Shown here one piece after another: positions 1 to 11,374 of a stretch of 64,000 nucleotides of DNA. Under the pieces are notes generated by a model. It saw only the letters and a program-made list of their open reading frames with translations. It did not search any database and was not told the DNA's origin. The stretch's first letter is position 1. Every line of letters starts with the position of its first letter. Position numbers and translations under genes: made by a program. The DNA comes from Sedimentisphaeraceae bacterium JB056 (GTDB taxonomy: Bacteria; Planctomycetota; Phycisphaerae; Sedimentisphaerales; Sedimentisphaeraceae). The DNA lies in assembly GCA_044440125.1 (NCBI GenBank), contig JBITAJ010000028.1, positions 96,001 through 160,000 of the forward strand. Reading direction: 5' to 3'.

Positions 1-1803
1 GTAAGAAACGCCGTATTTCGTCCCTAAATTACTGATATAACTATGGATAGCTGTTGGATAATCCATTCTGCAACCCAATACATACTCAGGAGTAACCCAA
101 CTGTATCTAACGAATCGGCTTTCAGTGTCACACATAAGCGTACGCTCACTACCGGCTGGCCTTGGCAATAGGTTTTCTTCTTCGCCAGGCAACCTTGAAA
201 CAAACTCGAATTGCCCCATGCCCTCCCTGTCTAAAGCAAGCGACCAAATAACTTCAGGCCAACTGTAACCACTTAATATCTGACTCAATGTAACGCCCTT
301 GGCATCCCCATCGCATCCCATAAAGAAGTATGCCATGACATAATCGCTGTCTTTTTCAACCATTACATCAGCACTCTCTCTTATCCTCGCACCGCCTCTT
401 ATTCCATTAAGCTGATCCTGAGCCCACACTGACCAATAAAGATCAAGAAAATTACCGGCAAGCTTTTTCAGCTCTTCATCATCAGTCATTGAATATAGAT
501 CATAAACAGGCATTAGAGAGTACTGAGCGTATATAGATGATCCATTTTCTATAAAAAGCCCTTTTCCGGCTCTTTCGCGAAAATATTCTTTAAAGTAGTC
601 TAAATAAGCATAATAATGCTCGACTGCTTTGTAATCCTTAAAATCTTTATAATTACCTTTTCCTCGGGGCCCCTGCCAATCAGAATCAGACTTATGGAAC
701 CAATATCCATACCCTCCGCCAGTACTGTAATCAGGATAAACCCTATCTCTGAAACGCGGCTCATTTATAAAAATTTGTGATGAAAGCAATGCTGCAGATT
801 TAGAAATAAGGTCACTGCTCTCACCTGCAACTATCCACCAAGTGCTTTGTTTTGCGAGAGAAATGTCATTTCTCTCCTCATTCCTCGTCCATATCAACTC
901 CAAAAGAGCTTCTTCGGTATCATCAGCAAGCCGTCCTGGATAAATTTCACTTTTCTTCCCAAAAGTATAGTACATACGGCACAACAACGAATCAAGAGAA
1001 AGATGCCAGAGCTGATTGATACCATACTGAGATTGAACACGCTGCTCACCGGTAGTAAATATCCTAAGCAGTTCGGAATTAACAATATCAATGTCTTGAT
1101 TTAGGTAAAGCTTTGCAAAATAAGAATTAAGAGTTGTTCTTGATGATGATATCGCGGCCTCATTCATGGCCTTTCTTATACGCTCATCTCGTGATCTTTG
1201 CTCAGATGCAATGATCTGCTCTATACTTTTCTCAGAAACACCTATTATTGAACCATCACTTTTCACAAAATGGACATCATCAAACCATATCTTATTACCT
1301 TTGCCGGTAGAGACAAGAAATTGAAATGCAATTATTTTGCTGACATCAAAACGGGAATATCCGGGAGAGAAATCAGAAGACTTAATTTCCACTGTCTTCC
1401 AATCTGATTGAACCAAAGCCGGCAATTCAAAGAAAGCCTGCCCACCTCGATGATCAATAACCTTAACCGGCCATGTTCCATGCGTCAGATTATTGCTTTT
1501 CATATTTAATACAAGAGTCCAGTCATAACCGACATCCCAAGATTCCTCAGAAGGAAGTGTCATAAAACCAACCTCTTTAGGAGCAATAGTATCTGCCGTA
1601 TAAACTAAGCTGAAATCACCATTTACAGAGTCAGAATGGTCTGATTCCACTCGCTGACCTCGTCCATTCCATACGACATCTCCTTTACCTACTGAGCCAA
1701 ACATATCTTTTGTCTCACAAGGATTATCAAACCTTTTCTGGTCAGCGAAAGCAACTGAAAGAGCCAGAAAAACGATAGAAAAAACACAGAATACGTTCTT
1801 CAT
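1..1803 (-). CDS. Large secreted protein, partial (runs off the left window edge); possibly a glycan-active enzyme with an N-terminal carbohydrate-binding-like module
   Basis: Not in the ORF track because its stop lies outside the window. Read manually from ATG at 1803: MKNVFCVFSIVFLALSVAFADQKRFDNP...; Sec signal ending AFA|D; the frame reads open to position 1; GGAG RBS upstream; segment 'WKTVEIKSSDF...FDVSKIIAFQF...IWFDDVHF' resembles CBM/CIA30-type beta-sandwich modules. Confidence 0.75.
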   Translation of the reverse strand, partial: MKNVFCVFSIVFLALSVAFADQKRFDNPCETKDMFGSVGKGDVVWNGRGQRVESDHSDSVNGDFSLVYTADTIAPKEVGFMTLPSEESWDVGYDWTLVLNMKSNNLTHGTWPVKVIDHRGGQAFFELPALVQSDWKTVEIKSSDFSPGYSRFDVSKIIAFQFLVSTGKGNKIWFDDVHFVKSDGSIIGVSEKSIEQIIASEQRSRDERIRKAMNEAAISSSRTTLNSYFAKLYLNQDIDIVNSELLRIFTTGEQRVQSQYGINQLWHLSLDSLLCRMYYTFGKKSEIYPGRLADDTEEALLELIWTRNEERNDISLAKQSTWWIVAGESSDLISKSAALLSSQIFINEPRFRDRVYPDYSTGGGYGYWFHKSDSDWQGPRGKGNYKDFKDYKAVEHYYAYLDYFKEYFRERAGKGLFIENGSSIYAQYSLMPVYDLYSMTDDEELKKLAGNFLDLYWSVWAQDQLNGIRGGARIRESADVMVEKDSDYVMAYFFMGCDGDAKGVTLSQILSGYSWPEVIWSLALDREGMGQFEFVSRLPGEEENLLPRPAGSERTLMCDTESRFVRYSWVTPEYVLGCRMDYPTAIHSYISNLGTKYGVSY

Positions 1804-2016
1804 TATCCACTCCGATATCAAACAATACTCAAGCCTGATCTTTAAACCAATTAATATCAGGGTGAAATGTTAACAGGAACCAAGCCTCAGCAAAAGCATC
1901 AAAAACTACCGATCGGCTTCACACACTTACCTTCTGAAACAGCATAAGACCTTAGCCGATCCTCTTAATAACCCAATACGCAATATACATATCCTCGTAA
2001 ACATAACACGAAAATA

Positions 2017-2044
2017 ATTATACACAAAGTGGGAAAAATGTAAA
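2017..2044 (-). promoter_or_regulatory. Putative sigma70 promoter (TTTACA-16-TATAAT) about 210 nt upstream of the secreted-protein gene
   Basis: Consensus-like hexamers on the minus strand. Confidence 0.45.
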
Positions 2045-2086
2045 GATTAAAGGTTAGTTACAAATAGACTTAAAACTTAACAAATT

Positions 2087-5083
2087 TCATGTCTGATTAA
2101 AATAAGCACTTAGAATATCGGCAAGTTGCTGACTGTCTACCGGCTTGGACATGTAATCACTGCATCCTGCATCTATACATTTTTGCCTGTCACTCTTCAT
2201 AGCATTAGCCGTCAGTGCTATTATAGGAACATCGATACCTTTGCCGCGAAGATCTTTAGTAGCATCGTATCCGTTCATTACAGGCATCTGTATATCCATG
2301 AATATCATATCGAAATCCTGTTTCAACACAATATCAATCGCCTCTTGCCCATTACCCGCAACTTTAACATTAAATCCCATTTTTTCAAGTATGATACAGA
2401 GGAGCTTCTGATTAACAAGGGAATCTTCAACGACAAGTATATCTTTATCAATAAATTTACCTTCGATTAATTCCTCATTACCAGACCCATCTCTGCGAAT
2501 CAATCGATGAGCGGACTCCTCCAGAGGAATTTTGAAATCAAAGACAGACCCCTTACCCGGTTCACTCACAAAATCAATATCGCCTCCTAAAAGATTAGCC
2601 AACCGCTTTGAAATAGCAAGACCAAGCCCCGCTCCCCCGTATTCCCTGCTGTTTGTATTATTAGCCTGAGTGAAATAATCAAAAATATCCTCATGCTTGG
2701 TATGCTCAATACCTATGCCAGTATCCTTGATTGAGAAATGAAGGCGTTTTCCTACCTCGTCATTCCTGACGCAAATATCAACAATTACTCCTCCGTCTTT
2801 AGTAAATTTAATCGCATTATTAACCAAATTCATCAAACATTGACTTACCCTTACATAATCGCTCTTAAAAACAGCCGGAACATTAGAGTCCTTATTTACC
2901 TTGAGATACAATCCCTTGCTCTTAGCCTGATTTCTAAAAACTGATTCAAGCTGAGAAATAAAGTCATCTATATTGCAATCTGAATACTCAATTTTGAGTT
3001 TGCCCGAATCAATAGACGAAAAATCTAAGATATCATTCATCAACTGCAGTAAAAGATTCCCCTGTTTGTAGATTATATCAGCAAACTCCCTCTGTTCCTC
3101 ATTAAGATTTTCACAAAAAAGCAATTCGCAAAAACCTAATATAGCATTCATTGGTGTACGAAGCTCATGACTCATATTTGCAAGAAACTGGCTCTTGGCA
3201 GAATTCGCCATATCTGCTTCTATAGCCATCTTATTTGATTTTTCAGTGGCCTTTTCTAAATATCTATTAGAGACAATCAAATCTTCTTCCAGTTTTCTTC
3301 GTGATATAACAATACCAATCGTATCACAAAGATTTTCAAATGCCTTAACTAATCCAAAATCAAAGTTATTCGGCCTACGATCATTAAGCTGAAGCATTGC
3401 TACAACTTTATTATCCGCTTTAACTGGAATCAAGGCAATAGAATTGTAACCCTCATTTATACATCTATTGCGAGGGTTTATGCGTTCATCGCAACTTTTA
3501 TCAATCCCGAGAAGCCCAGATGAATTATTAGTGAAAAAACTGCCGTGCTCGGTAAAGAAACTCTGGCTGCTGTCAGTTTTTTCTGAAATAACCAGCCCGC
3601 ACATACATTCAAGTTCAACTTTACCGCTCTGATCAAATTTAACTGTTCCACCCTTATCCTTACTTAACAGAGAATTTTCTGCCTTAATAAAATTATCATC
3701 AAAACCGCAATGACTGATATACGGATAATCATCCTCATCCTTAAATCTCAACGCTACCGCATCAACTCCTGATTTTTCCTTTATAATCCTGACAACATCT
3801 TCAAGCAAAACTTTCAATGTTTTATCACTATTCAACTCACCAAAGATATCACCCTTAATTTCATTTACTATATTCTGGCGTTTTGACTTTGTGATATTGA
3901 AAAACATTGATGTGCAAACATTTTCATCAATTTTGTAAACATGCACTTGAAAGTAAGAATTAAGCGGCAAAAAATAATATTCAAGACTCACTGGCTCGCC
4001 GGTTGTAACAACCTTGGCATATATTTGCACAATTTCATCATCTTCACCACCGGGAAAAGCCTCGCTCATCTTTCTGCCAATAACATCTTCGGCTTTTTTG
4101 CCTGTATGCTCTTCAGCCGCTTCATTGACCTGCAGAAATATCAAATCAAAAGCTTTATTGTTTTCATCAAACAAAACCTCAACCGTATGAATGCCATTTA
4201 TTGAGTTGCTGAATATCGAGTAAAACTGGTCTTGGCTTTTATCTAACGCCGCATCCTTCTCCAATATATTGGTTATATCCTTTACTGTCCCCCTATAACC
4301 TTGTAACACTCCATCATCGTCAAAAATCGGAATACCATCACCTGAAACACGCACTTCTTCCCCATTTTTATTGTACAGGCTATGAATATAATCTGTGTAA
4401 GCTTCCCCTTTACCCAGCAATTCAAAAACTTCTTGCTTGAACTGCTCTTGTAATTCGGGAGGACAAAGGTCATAAAAGTACTTTTTACCAATCAACTCCT
4501 CTGCATCATAGCCCAATAACTTTATAGCAGATTTGCTCATGTAGGTTAAAAGTCCTTTTTTGTCTATTTCCCATACAAGAATTTTACTGTGAAAAACTGT
4601 TTGTTCAAAACGATCTTCAAGTACATCATGACCCTTAATAACCGGCTCTGATTCAGTAATATCTCTTGCAATTAAACAAATAAAAGAATGGTTATCGGCA
4701 CTAAAAAGGGGAAACTGGCTTACCTCAAGTATCAAACGCCTGCCATCACTTAAAATGATTTCTCTTTTCTCTGTTAATTCAAGAGTCTTACCGTCCTTTT
4801 TTATATAAAAAAGCTCCGCTGAATTGGTGTCAAAAATTTGATCATCAGATTTGCCTACAATATCTGCCTTATCTTTTCCTGCAAACTTCTCAAATGCTGC
4901 ATTGCAATCTATGTACCTCCCATCAGTATCTTTAGCCACAACAATATCCGGGCAAAAGTTTACAACCTTAGTCCAAAACTCTTCCTGCAAAGATTCTTTG
5001 TCCGCAACATCAAACATGTCTCGCCTCATAACCACACCAATAACATAGTACCACTTAACCAAATCTGCAAATTTTGAATTCAC
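2087..5083 (-). CDS. Cytoplasmic hybrid sensor histidine kinase (PAS x3, GAF, HisKA, HATPase_c, REC)
   Basis: H-box [17 protein letters not shown]-box NLVNNAIKFT, G-boxes DTGIGI/GAGLGL, receiver [11 protein letters not shown]; true start may be ATG 5029. Confidence 0.93.
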   Translation of the reverse strand: MNSKFADLVKWYYVIGVVMRRDMFDVADKESLQEEFWTKVVNFCPDIVVAKDTDGRYIDCNAAFEKFAGKDKADIVGKSDDQIFDTNSAELFYIKKDGKTLELTEKREIILSDGRRLILEVSQFPLFSADNHSFICLIARDITESEPVIKGHDVLEDRFEQTVFHSKILVWEIDKKGLLTYMSKSAIKLLGYDAEELIGKKYFYDLCPPELQEQFKQEVFELLGKGEAYTDYIHSLYNKNGEEVRVSGDGIPIFDDDGVLQGYRGTVKDITNILEKDAALDKSQDQFYSIFSNSINGIHTVEVLFDENNKAFDLIFLQVNEAAEEHTGKKAEDVIGRKMSEAFPGGEDDEIVQIYAKVVTTGEPVSLEYYFLPLNSYFQVHVYKIDENVCTSMFFNITKSKRQNIVNEIKGDIFGELNSDKTLKVLLEDVVRIIKEKSGVDAVALRFKDEDDYPYISHCGFDDNFIKAENSLLSKDKGGTVKFDQSGKVELECMCGLVISEKTDSSQSFFTEHGSFFTNNSSGLLGIDKSCDERINPRNRCINEGYNSIALIPVKADNKVVAMLQLNDRRPNNFDFGLVKAFENLCDTIGIVISRRKLEEDLIVSNRYLEKATEKSNKMAIEADMANSAKSQFLANMSHELRTPMNAILGFCELLFCENLNEEQREFADIIYKQGNLLLQLMNDILDFSSIDSGKLKIEYSDCNIDDFISQLESVFRNQAKSKGLYLKVNKDSNVPAVFKSDYVRVSQCLMNLVNNAIKFTKDGGVIVDICVRNDEVGKRLHFSIKDTGIGIEHTKHEDIFDYFTQANNTNSREYGGAGLGLAISKRLANLLGGDIDFVSEPGKGSVFDFKIPLEESAHRLIRRDGSGNEELIEGKFIDKDILVVEDSLVNQKLLCIILEKMGFNVKVAGNGQEAIDIVLKQDFDMIFMDIQMPVMNGYDATKDLRGKGIDVPIIALTANAMKSDRQKCIDAGCSDYMSKPVDSQQLADILSAYFNQT

Positions 5084-5184
5084 AGCTATTGCCCTTACAA
5101 GCTTTACCTCAAAGCAAGAATGCGTTTCTCTTTCGCAATAAATATAATGATATTAAATACAGAATATAAAGCAAGGGAAATCGC

Positions 5185-5224
5185 TCCTATTTTGGGAACA
5201 AGCATTATTGTTTCTATATTAGGA
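5185..5224 (+). promoter_or_regulatory. Tandem imperfect palindromes TCCTA-TTT-TGGGA and TTCTA-TAT-TAGGA upstream of the XRE gene (candidate autoregulatory operators)
   Basis: Seen directly; second box overlaps the RBS. Confidence 0.5.
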
Positions 5225-5230
5225 GCAATA

Positions 5231-5512
5231 ATGAAACAGATAAAAATAACTAAAACAATACATTGCAAAGAATACCAAGAACTCATATCGTTGATAAAGA
5301 GGAAACGAAAAGAACTTGGTATCAGCCAGCGAGAATTAGCAGCTAAGCTTAATGTAAGCCACTCATACATAGCCAAAATAGAACTTAGAGAACGAAGAGT
5401 TGACATAATTGAAATCATAAAAATATTTATTGCCCTTGAATGCAACCCTTGCACTATTATCACAGATATATACCTCAAATTAAAGAAAAAAAACGACTTT
5501 AAGCTTTTTTAA
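5231..5512 (+). CDS. XRE/Cro-C1 family HTH transcriptional regulator
   Basis: [36 protein letters not shown]_3 motif; AGGAG RBS at 5221 supports ATG 5231 rather than the ORF-track start 5120. Confidence 0.85.
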   Translation: MKQIKITKTIHCKEYQELISLIKRKRKELGISQRELAAKLNVSHSYIAKIELRERRVDIIEIIKIFIALECNPCTIITDIYLKLKKKNDFKLF

Positions 5513-8500
5513 TGTAAGTACTTATAACCTTAGCCAAGCGTCGTCTCTCTATTGGTTTGGAGAGGTAGTCATTACAACCAGAATTCATACATTTTTCTCT
5601 ATCTGTCTTCATCGCGTTGGCCGTAAGTGCAATTATAGGAGTCTCTATTCCTTTTTCACGAATCCTGCGTGTAGCCTCATATCCATTCATAACAGGCATT
5701 TGAATATCCATTAAAATCATATCGAAGGTTTTATTCTCAGCTTGATCAACCGCAGAACTCCCATCCTGCACAACAGTCACATCAAGCCCAACCTTTTCGA
5801 GCAGTTTCTTAATAAGTATCTGATTTGTCCTTGCATCATCGGCAACAAGAACTGAGCCAAATCTCTTACCAAGAGATTCAAGAGAGGTATCCTTCTTGTC
5901 ATTATTATGTTCAAGCTCACTAATGTCAACACAATTTGGCTCACCAGATTTTATTCTTAATGTAAAGATCGACCCTTTACCTACAGTACTTTCAACAGTA
6001 AGATCTCCACCAAGCATTTTGGCAAGATTTTTGGTAATTGCAAGACCAAGCCCGCTTCCGCCGTATTTCCTTGTCGTGCTTGACTCTGCCTGAGTGAAAA
6101 CTTCAAATATACTATCCTTCTTATCCTCAGGTATGCCTATTCCGGTATCTTCTACATTAAAGACAACAATATTGCCCTGCTTCTCTTCTATCGACTCTAC
6201 ATTTACATGCACATATCCCTCATGAGTAAACTTGATAGCATTGCTAACTATATTAACAATACACTGCTTTAGCCTATTAGGGTCTGTATGAATTATTGCG
6301 GGCAACTGCCCTTTCCTGACAACTTTGAATTCAAGCGATTTTCTGTCAGCTTGCGGCAACATTGCTGCTTCTATTGAATTCAATGTTTCTTCAAGACTAC
6401 AGTCAAGCATCTCGATCTGCAACTTACCTGACTCTATCTTTGAGAAATCAAGTATATCATTTATTAAATTCAGTAAAGTACGCCCTTCACTCCTTATCAA
6501 ACCTACAAATTCTTTTTGATGGTCTTTAAGAGGTTCGTCAGAAAGCATATCACTAAAACCAATTATAGCATTCATAGGAGTACGGATTTCGTGACTCATA
6601 TTAGCTAAAAATTCACTTTTAGTCTTATTCGCCTCCTCGGCTCGCTTTACCATAAAGCTAATTTTATCATTGGCCTTTTTGAGATTGTGATTCATGACGC
6701 GAAGCTGATCTTCTGAGCGTTTTCGCTCCGTTATATCACGCGCAACCCCAACTATGCCTATCGAATCACCATCAGAAGTAAAAAGCGGCGCTTTGATCGT
6801 ATCCAGGAGAACCACATGACCATCAGGATATGTAACAGACTCCTCATTGGATCTTGCCTGCCCCTGAGCCATCATCTTCTTATCATTCTCTCTAAAGAAG
6901 TCGGCGATATCTTTATCAAACATATCATAATCAGTCTTGCCTATTATTTGATCCCTGCTTCTTCCTACAAATTTCTCAAACTCAGGATTACACCCCATAT
7001 AAACACCGTCTTTATCCTTAAAGAATATCATGTCAGGTATAGAATCAAGCAACCCTTTTAGAAATGCGTTGGCGTTTTCAACAGCCTTGCGTGAATCGAC
7101 CCTTTCTGTAACATCCTGATCAACTCCGCGATATCCAATAAGTTTCCCTTCTTTATCAAGAATAGGCTGCCCATTAGTAGAAAGCCATATAGCCTTACCA
7201 TCTTTAGTCTCTGCCTTATTTAGAAGACCTGAGAACTTTCCTTTTTCTTCAAATATTTTGAAAGCATCTTTCGCAAACTGCTCACGTTCATCTTCTGGAT
7301 GAAGCTCGTAAAAATGCAACCGACCAACCATCTCATCCCGAGAATAACCAAACACATCAACACATGCATCGCTAACATATGTATACAAACCATCAGCATC
7401 AACCTCCCATACAACCTCCCGGCTTTGTTCAGCTATCTGGTCAAAACGCTGCTCTCGCTCTTTTATTTTCTCATTAGCCTCATAGGATTCTGTAACATCA
7501 CGAAACACAAGCACTGATCCAATAATCTGTTCTTCATCATTCTTTATAGGAGAAGCACTATCAGAGATATGCCTTACCTTGCCGTCTCGGGAAACAAGAT
7601 CTGTATGATTTGCAAGTTCGAAAACTATGCCTTCCTTCAAAGCTCTTAATGCCGGATTCTCTGCCATCTTGCCGGTTTGATTATTGATTATATCAAACAC
7701 CTCTTCAAGCGGATAGCCTTTCGCATCTTTCAATGACCAGCCTGTTAATTTCTCAGCAACGGGATTCATATCCCAAACCTTGCCATCCTTATCCGTAGTT
7801 ATGAATCCGTCACCTATAGAATGCAGCGTTGAGTTTAACAGTTTCTCTTTTTCTGAGAGTGAATTACTCAACGATTTCAGTTTAAAATTCAGTCGCGAAG
7901 AATATATATTGAATCCAATAAGCATCAGAATAAAGATAGCGGCAGCAGTAAGCCATTTCCAATAACGACTTAAAATCTTCGTAATTTTCACCTGCCCATA
8001 TCCCTCGTACGGCTTAGCACCTATATGCATTAGACAATCTGCTACCGACTGATAACTTTGAGGTATTGTCCAGCCCCCGGAGCCGGCATAAACAGCCGCC
8101 ATAGAATCTTTGGGCATAGCAATGAGAGCTCCCGAAACAATACGGTCCAAATCACTATCACTTTTTACTGAAACAATAGGCCATTCAGGATAAAGCATTG
8201 TTGAATGAACAAACGGAAATTCCTCGGTAGTAGGGTATGGATTCACTATTTTAAGTTCATCTACCGAAATATCCGTATCAGCTTCAACGCGTTCAAGTAT
8301 ACCCGTCCTTATAAAACCAACATCACTTTTACCTTTAACAACTTGCCTGATAACATCATAATTATTATCTGCAAATGATAAATCATCAAAATCTTGCAAG
8401 ATATCAATATTGTTATCGTCCAATTCTCTAAGCACCATATACCAGCCGCCAAACGACTGCTCTCCGGGACTTATTACGCTCTTGCCTTTAAGGTCGTCAA

Positions 8501-9875
8501 TGTCTTTTATATCAGAACGATCGGCTCTGGTTATTATAACCCCGCCATACTGCATAAAATTCCTGCTCTTATATTCAGAAATCATTGTAGCTATCGCAGA
8601 AAGCTGATAATTCTTATAAAGCTCAATAAACTGAGCCGGATTTGTAATTATAAAATCAACTGTTTGTTTAGCTGCAGCAACCTTAATTTGATTGAATTCA
8701 AGCGGCACAAGTTCAACATGATATTCAGGCACTTTCAAGGTAAGATAGTCAGCAGTAGCAGACCATTGTTCAATACACTTATCTCTACCTCTATTGGCCA
8801 GAACACCAAGGCGTAAACACTCTGAATCTTCTGCTCTGTAAACAACTTCTCCATCACTTAAAACAGCTGAATCATCGGGAAGATTATCAAGCATTATATC
8901 AAATTCTCTGATTGCTTTATAGTCAAACAACACCCGATTAACGTTGTCATACAAAATTGGTATATCGGAAGTTTCTTTTCCGTTTAATATCTCATTAGCT
9001 AATTTCGCAGCATTTCTACCCTGCTCTTTACCACTCACCATTTTGCCGCCGACTACACCCTCGCCAAGATAGAAATCCCAGAGCCCATAGACAGGACATT
9101 GAGCAACACCACTTATCATTTGGGCACTTCGTTTAAATGAAAAGAAATTCCCATTTTTATCACGATTGAAAATTGTGAGTAAAACAGCTTCTTTCTCTGG
9201 ATCAAGATTTCCTACTTTCACAAGTAATTCCGTCATGGAAACATCTTGAACATACTCTATATCCATGCCGGCAAATCTATTACCGATAGTTCTTTGAGCG
9301 GCAGCAATCTCTGCATTTCCTGTAATAGTATGATCAGCGACAATAACACACTTCTTTAACTTCCTATGAAGCGTCTTCATCAACATCAAGGTATCAGCGG
9401 TATCAGTTCTCTCTGTAACACCTGTAACAGGTTGGCAATTAGCGATCATTTCTTTTGAAAAATTATTTATACCGCAAAAGACAATGGGAGTTCTGCCAAA
9501 AAAAGACCTGTTTTTCTTTACAAACTCAAGAGATGCGTTGTCGCTTGAAATGATAACATCAAATTCTGTTGAAGAAAATTTCAGCTTTAACAACTCAAGG
9601 AATTGTTCCTGAATCTCACTCGGAGCGATTCTCTTGGCATCCATATACTCAACATGAATGTCAATTTCATCGGAAGCAAGCTCTGCTTCGATTGTTTCAG
9701 TGATATCATCTGTCCAGCTTAAGCCTTTGTTGTAAGAATTGATAAGAAGTACATTCTGAGCTTGTGATACGCAGACAAAGATTATGCACAAAGACATAAG
9801 TCCTCTAACAAAATCTAATATATAATTGCCAGTATCTGAATACCAACTAAATTTAGCCGGACAATTATCACTCAC
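5499..9875 (-). CDS. Membrane hybrid histidine kinase: ABC substrate-binding-like domain, PhnD/SsuA-like binding domain, TM, PAS x3, HisKA, HATPase_c, REC
   Basis: [14 protein letters not shown] and PIVFCGIN (ABC_sub_bind); LGVLANRG...W..TADYL and SFGGW (phosphonate-binding type); [23 protein letters not shown]. Confidence 0.92.
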   Translation of the reverse strand: MSDNCPAKFSWYSDTGNYILDFVRGLMSLCIIFVCVSQAQNVLLINSYNKGLSWTDDITETIEAELASDEIDIHVEYMDAKRIAPSEIQEQFLELLKLKFSSTEFDVIISSDNASLEFVKKNRSFFGRTPIVFCGINNFSKEMIANCQPVTGVTERTDTADTLMLMKTLHRKLKKCVIVADHTITGNAEIAAAQRTIGNRFAGMDIEYVQDVSMTELLVKVGNLDPEKEAVLLTIFNRDKNGNFFSFKRSAQMISGVAQCPVYGLWDFYLGEGVVGGKMVSGKEQGRNAAKLANEILNGKETSDIPILYDNVNRVLFDYKAIREFDIMLDNLPDDSAVLSDGEVVYRAEDSECLRLGVLANRGRDKCIEQWSATADYLTLKVPEYHVELVPLEFNQIKVAAAKQTVDFIITNPAQFIELYKNYQLSAIATMISEYKSRNFMQYGGVIITRADRSDIKDIDDLKGKSVISPGEQSFGGWYMVLRELDDNNIDILQDFDDLSFADNNYDVIRQVVKGKSDVGFIRTGILERVEADTDISVDELKIVNPYPTTEEFPFVHSTMLYPEWPIVSVKSDSDLDRIVSGALIAMPKDSMAAVYAGSGGWTIPQSYQSVADCLMHIGAKPYEGYGQVKITKILSRYWKWLTAAAIFILMLIGFNIYSSRLNFKLKSLSNSLSEKEKLLNSTLHSIGDGFITTDKDGKVWDMNPVAEKLTGWSLKDAKGYPLEEVFDIINNQTGKMAENPALRALKEGIVFELANHTDLVSRDGKVRHISDSASPIKNDEEQIIGSVLVFRDVTESYEANEKIKEREQRFDQIAEQSREVVWEVDADGLYTYVSDACVDVFGYSRDEMVGRLHFYELHPEDEREQFAKDAFKIFEEKGKFSGLLNKAETKDGKAIWLSTNGQPILDKEGKLIGYRGVDQDVTERVDSRKAVENANAFLKGLLDSIPDMIFFKDKDGVYMGCNPEFEKFVGRSRDQIIGKTDYDMFDKDIADFFRENDKKMMAQGQARSNEESVTYPDGHVVLLDTIKAPLFTSDGDSIGIVGVARDITERKRSEDQLRVMNHNLKKANDKISFMVKRAEEANKTKSEFLANMSHEIRTPMNAIIGFSDMLSDEPLKDHQKEFVGLIRSEGRTLLNLINDILDFSKIESGKLQIEMLDCSLEETLNSIEAAMLPQADRKSLEFKVVRKGQLPAIIHTDPNRLKQCIVNIVSNAIKFTHEGYVHVNVESIEEKQGNIVVFNVEDTGIGIPEDKKDSIFEVFTQAESSTTRKYGGSGLGLAITKNLAKMLGGDLTVESTVGKGSIFTLRIKSGEPNCVDISELEHNNDKKDTSLESLGKRFGSVLVADDARTNQILIKKLLEKVGLDVTVVQDGSSAVDQAENKTFDMILMDIQMPVMNGYEATRRIREKGIETPIIALTANAMKTDREKCMNSGCNDYLSKPIERRRLAKVISTYIKKA

Positions 9876-10117
9876 TTCAAGCCCCTAAGAACTTATTTTC
9901 AACAAAATGCCATTCGGCACAACACCGTTGCAACACAAAAATCAACAAAAAATGATTATAAACTAAAATAAGGCAAAAAACAACCTATAAACTTTTTATT
10001 AACAAGTTAAAGGAAGTGAAAACAGATATAAACTACCAACTACGATAATCGTTCAAAATCGAAATGATTTTCTATTTTTTGAGACAAAAAAAAAAGATAT
10101 GACATGTAAGCCAAGTT

Positions 10118-10999
10118 TTAATTGGAATAAGTTGACGGGGGAACAACAAACATCCTACTGTCCTTAGGTTCTCCACCCAAACGATACTGCAAAGGAGTGC
10201 AACCCGTCTTTTTACGGAAAAGTCTCGAAAAATAAGAAGAATCCTTATAGCCGCACATAATAGATATCTCTGATATTTGTATACTGGAGGTCTTTAGGAG
10301 CCTCTTGGCGTTACTCAAACGTATCCGTGTAAGATACTCAAGCATTGACATCCCTACTTTTCGCTTAAAACGCTTTGAAAGCGTTGCTCTGTCAACATTT
10401 AGATAGGCAATAACCGATTCTATATTCACATCGTAATCATGCCAGTTTCTATGCAAATACCATTGAGCTTGATAAACAAGATTATCCTTTATCATCTCTC
10501 TGGCAAGATCTGCCTGAAAGACAAAAAGGTCATGCGCCCTTGATATCGCAAGTACTTGATCTTGTTTGCTCTCACGGTCTATTAATTCAGAAAGGTCCTC
10601 AAGCCACCTCACGGGAACCTCACGACATGGAAAAACACCGGTCCACAAACCTGCTGACAATACAGTACTGCTTGCCTGAGGTCCGTCTATTGCAAGGTAA
10701 CGAAACTCGCACTCATCACTGGTAACCTCAAGACCAAATTTAAGGCCTGGAGTAATCACCATAATATGACCTGCAGAAAGATCGAAAACACCCATATCTT
10801 CAATTGTTATACGCAAAACACCGGTTTGACCCCAAGCCATCACTGTATAGGTAGAATACCTTATAGGAGATATATGACCCTTAGGAACATAATAATGACC
10901 TACTCCACGCAAACCCAAAGGCAGACCTTTAATCGGTAAAGGACTTGGACGAAATTTTTGTATTATAAGGTATTTATCAGATTTTATCACAAACTTCAC
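10118..10999 (-). CDS. AraC family transcriptional regulator
   Basis: C-terminal double HTH 'ISEISIMCGYKDSSYFSRLFRKKTGCTPLQYR'; divergent from the aldolase/SDR gene. Confidence 0.9.
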   Translation of the reverse strand: MKFVIKSDKYLIIQKFRPSPLPIKGLPLGLRGVGHYYVPKGHISPIRYSTYTVMAWGQTGVLRITIEDMGVFDLSAGHIMVITPGLKFGLEVTSDECEFRYLAIDGPQASSTVLSAGLWTGVFPCREVPVRWLEDLSELIDRESKQDQVLAISRAHDLFVFQADLAREMIKDNLVYQAQWYLHRNWHDYDVNIESVIAYLNVDRATLSKRFKRKVGMSMLEYLTRIRLSNAKRLLKTSSIQISEISIMCGYKDSSYFSRLFRKKTGCTPLQYRLGGEPKDSRMFVVPPSTYSN

Positions 11000-11374
11000 C
11001 TATAATTTTGGCGATACCGACAAAAGTCTGGCATTCCGATAAAGATCCGTGATTTTTACCAGGCACCCGAATATAATAATACCGTTTTCAACTTTTGCTA
11101 TAGATATCAATGCTACATATAAGATTCTAACACAAATTAATCTAAAAAACAAATATTTGTTCTTATTTTTTAATGCTTATATCAAATTTTACTAATTAAA
11201 TGTAAACTTATTTTCTTTATCTTTCGTTTCAAGCTCTTTTTAACACAAAACCTCCCACAATTGTACTCTCAAGGACATTTATGCCGCCTTTGAGTTTGCC
11301 TTACAATTACGATTCTGTTATATTAAGGGTTTTGCAGTAATTCGAATTCTAAGATTAAACAAAGGGAAACTATT

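Noticed and set aside
847..1104. Short ORF-track calls at 847-1104 and 894-1091
   Set aside because: They lie inside the long minus-strand CDS 1-1803 that the track missed.
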